A stretch of DNA of 64,000 nucleotides from Stylophora pistillata. Its lineage: Eukaryota. The stretch spans positions 345,820-409,819 of the forward strand of contig NW_019218027.1 in NCBI RefSeq assembly GCF_002571385.2, written 5' to 3'. A program made the translations under genes and the position numbers. The first letter of the stretch is position 1; each line of letters begins with the position of its first letter. The notes beneath the pieces were generated by a model. The model saw only the letters and a list, made by a program, of their open reading frames with translations, made no database searches and was not told where the DNA came from. Of this stretch, positions 60,691 through 64,000 are shown in pieces.

Positions 60691-62340
60691 CATTTTTGTC
60701 GCAGTAGTTTCTTTTGAAACCGTGTTTGCTGACGGTTGGGAGGCTGGCTCCAGCTGTTCCATGGAAAAGTAGCTTTTCGTTGCTGCTACTCTTATGTTCC
60801 ATCTGGTCCCTTCTAACCATGTATTGCCGGTACAGCCCAGGGTGTTGCACCCTTTCCATCTTGACGATGGTAACAGGAGACGTCTTGCGCAATGCAACAT
60901 CGAGCTCGCTGTTCGACTGGGTTGCAATTGCATCGGTTACTTCTTTGGTGATGTTACCACTCTTAGCTTGAACGACAACATTGTCAATACCTATTTCAGG
61001 TTGTAAGGGATCCAAAATTACAGGCTTTTCCTCCGAGGTAACATCGACATCAGCATGTGGCGTATCGATATAGGGTCTTTTGGTGCTACCACTACGCAGA
61101 CCCCGACGTCTCTTTATTCCAGCTGGCGACTGCTGTGGGAGTGGGCCTACACCACCTCTTTTTTTCAGTTCCGTCTGGAAGGCTTGCACTGATTGCGAAT
61201 CGTTATCATACACGACCAAATGGACTGCCTTCAAAGAGCTGCTTAGATATTTCTTACTGAAGGATAAAACTTCATGAAAGGAAGCTGCAGCCACACGATC
61301 GAGGGGAAAATTGAGATTCCTAGTCCCAATTACAGGTATGGAAAGTCAAGAGACTCCTCCTTTGAGCTTCTTCGAGCCACTTCTTGATGATATTCTGAAG
61401 TATTTATAGATGAGATGTGTAATCTTCACCTTACTTGTACCTTTCAGATAATATTAGCGATAGTGAATTTGTTAACTCAGAAACGGTTTGAAGGCGTTTT
61501 GCAATATCATTCCTGTTTTGTTTTTCGCTTAGAACTTGTTGGAATTTGTTTGCATGGTCATGGGCCTCGTCTATTTTCATTGCAAGCACATATTTGTGCT
61601 TACCTTCTCGCCCGCTCCGTTCTCCCATCCGGCATATGAAGTGTGAAAAACGTGCTTACACGCCAGATTTGCTTCGCTCGTAACCGCAATCCTTCCGGTA
61701 TCTACGTACCTTACCAATCGTGTTACACTCTTGTTGTAGCTTGGGATCAGCAACAGCAGGTAGGGTCTTAGCACCTGCGTTCGTACTAAGATCCAGATCC
61801 AACGAGGTTGAGTTGACGATAACATCAACCTGAAGAAAACCAGCGAAATATAAATTCAGTTCATTAACAACCGATAGAAATTTCGCCGACATAGCTCCTG
61901 TGGTGGACTCGGGCTGTTTAAAGCGGCCGGATAAAAGCTTTATGCTTTATGCAAATCCCAAATTGAGGATGCTTGATTAATTTGGAAATTTTCAAGAACC
62001 GACTGTTATGACCACATGTATAAGGGCTTTTACGTGATAAATTTGAACGTGGAACTATTAAATGAAAGGCCTCCTAGTTCTTTACGTTAATCGAAGGTCT
62101 TAATAGTTAAATATTCGGTAGCATTACCTTTAATCTATCTGACTGGAATCACTTTAATTCGAAGAACATAATGTGACTCACCTTTTCAGTACACATATCA
62201 CCAATGACAAGAACCCTTAGTGGTTGTTTCATTGTTGAAACCTGATACTTGCACACAGTGACAAACCGGAAGTTGCTCCACTTCTGAGGTTTTGCCTTCC
62301 AGTGGTTTTATGGAAATTCTCTCTGTATCAGATTTGTAAT
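60691..62340 (-). pseudogene. PARP14-like: PARP14-like pseudogene (copy 3, closest to gene 1)
   Basis: Remnants of gene-1 exons 6/7 fused by deletion (~62215), exon 8 with a 4-bp insertion (226 vs 222 bp), lost acceptor of exon 9, exon 9-10 deletion junction (~60890); no final catalytic exon found; the 5' side runs into a LINE. Confidence 0.85.
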
Positions 62341-62650
62341 CTATAAAAATCAAGAGCAAAAATCTTTAAATTACTTCAAAACGAGACATGAAATTAGCAT
62401 CTTAGGAATACACTAGGACTCTTAGAGCAGTCAAACTGTTATTTAGATAATTTAAAATTGCATATCAGATCAATATCACTTTGATCGTGCGATCGTATAC
62501 TAGTGTAGTGTTATTTGTCCTATTTGAAAACAGGATTTAAAGATTGTAACCGAGCCCATTAATTTCAAAAGATCAGGCCGTAACAGCAAGAGCCTTAGAA
62601 ATTTGGAAGGAAGTTTACCAACTCGCAAGTAAGCTCAATTATCTCCCCGA

Positions 62651-64000
62651 GTGAGATCAATAATTTTTTTCTGTTCCATTAACACTGATCCCCGTTATAA
62701 ACCCATTGACACTGTCACTATCCCGGAATCAAGCGAGATGCCTGTTTTAACGGTCTCCAGTGTTACCAGGAGTCTACTGAAATTAAAAGGAACTGCCTCT
62801 GGTTCAGATGGAATCCCGTACTGGTTTTGGANAGAGTTTGCGTACGACCTCGCTCCTGTTGTTACCCATATTTTCAACTGTTCTTTGGAAAACCACATTG
62901 TGCCTGATCTTTGGAAGTTGGCCGACATAACTCCCTTGCCTAAAGAGCCCAACTTTAAAAATTGCACACAGTTGCGGCCTATTTCGCTGACTAATGTAAT
63001 AATGAGGGATTTTGAACGTCTTGTATACAGAGAAGAATTATCTCAATATATGAATAACTTCATTAGCTTCGACCAGTTTGCATACGGCAAAGGCCACAAT
63101 ACGACTATGGCCTTAATAAAGTGTCAATATGCATGGCTGAAATGGCTTGAGTCGGTTTTTAATTCTGTTACAATTTTCTCTTTTGATTTCAGCAAAGCTT
63201 TTGATTCGGTCCCTGATGATATCCTCTGCTCTAAGTTGAAAACACTTGACATAAATCCATACTTGACCAATTGGAATATTGGTTTTTTACAATCAGGGGG
63301 CAGTTTTAGGCCCTATACTATTTTCTATTATAGTCAACGATATTAAGGCCATTTTACCAAATCAGAATTTGCTTGTGAAATATGCTGATGATTTAACATT
63401 AAGTATTCCAGTAAAACCGCGGGCTAACAACGGCAATTCGGCAGCTGAGGAGGTCCGATCGAACGTCGCATGGACATCTGCTAACCGTATGCAACTAAAC
63501 TTCAAGAAAGCGTGGGAGATGCTTCTTAGGGGCAACTCCACTAAGGCTTTACCTGCTCCTCTGGTTTCTATGGAGCGTAAACCATGTCTGAAGTTGTTGG
63601 GTGCAACTTTTCAATCTGATCCGTGTAACAGGGATTTACATTTTGGTAATATTATATCGAAAGCCAGTAGTCGTCTGTACATCTTACGTGTTTGTAAATT
63701 CTATGGACTGCCGCCGGATCATATTCATCTTCTTTTTATCAGTCTTATTGTATCTATATTTACATATGCTGTAGAAGTATGGGGCTGCGAGTATTATCAT
63801 AAGTATCTGAGTCGCATAGACAGGCTGTTTAAGAGAGCTTTTAAGCTTGGTTACTGTAAAGAGCTTTTTTCTATTGAAAATATTTAATTTATTACTCTAA
63901 AAGATAAGAAGTTGTGGGCCAAGATCACCGACAGCGATTTTACAACAGCTTTAGATGACCTTTTGCCACCAGAGCGACCAATGGTTACGCTACGTAAGAG
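62651..64000 (+). mobile_element. Decayed non-LTR retrotransposon reverse transcriptase
   Basis: ASGSDGIP, LRPISLT, DFSKAFDSV, QGAVLGPILF, KYADD, KLLG, SRLYILR; frameshift/deletion near 63290. Confidence 0.9.

Overview
Eukaryotic, intron-containing animal DNA, most likely an anthozoan cnidarian such as a stony coral (inferred from repeat families and gene style; not proven). The right two-thirds is a minus-strand tandem cluster of PARP14-like mono-ADP-ribosyltransferase genes. Gene 1 is intact (11 exons, ~2062 aa). Gene 2 has 22 exons and an N-terminus expanded by an array of symmetric RRM cassette exons, one carrying a nonsense codon. The third copy is a deleted pseudogene. The promoters carry ISRE/IRF, NF-kB, GAS and ATF/CRE-like motifs. 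The left part holds an intronless SERINC gene fused to a putative herpes-tegument-like (VTD/C76-type) deubiquitinase, a small spliced gene largely invisible to the ORF track, decayed LINE and BEL/Pao elements, and a pseudogenised four-repeat exon. Introns hold Penelope-like fragments with minimal hammerhead ribozymes and two circularly permuted tRNA-bearing repeat insertions, each flanked by a 12-bp target-site duplication. Exon coordinates were read by hand from GT-AG boundaries and checked for phase consistency. All family assignments come from motif recognition, not database searches.
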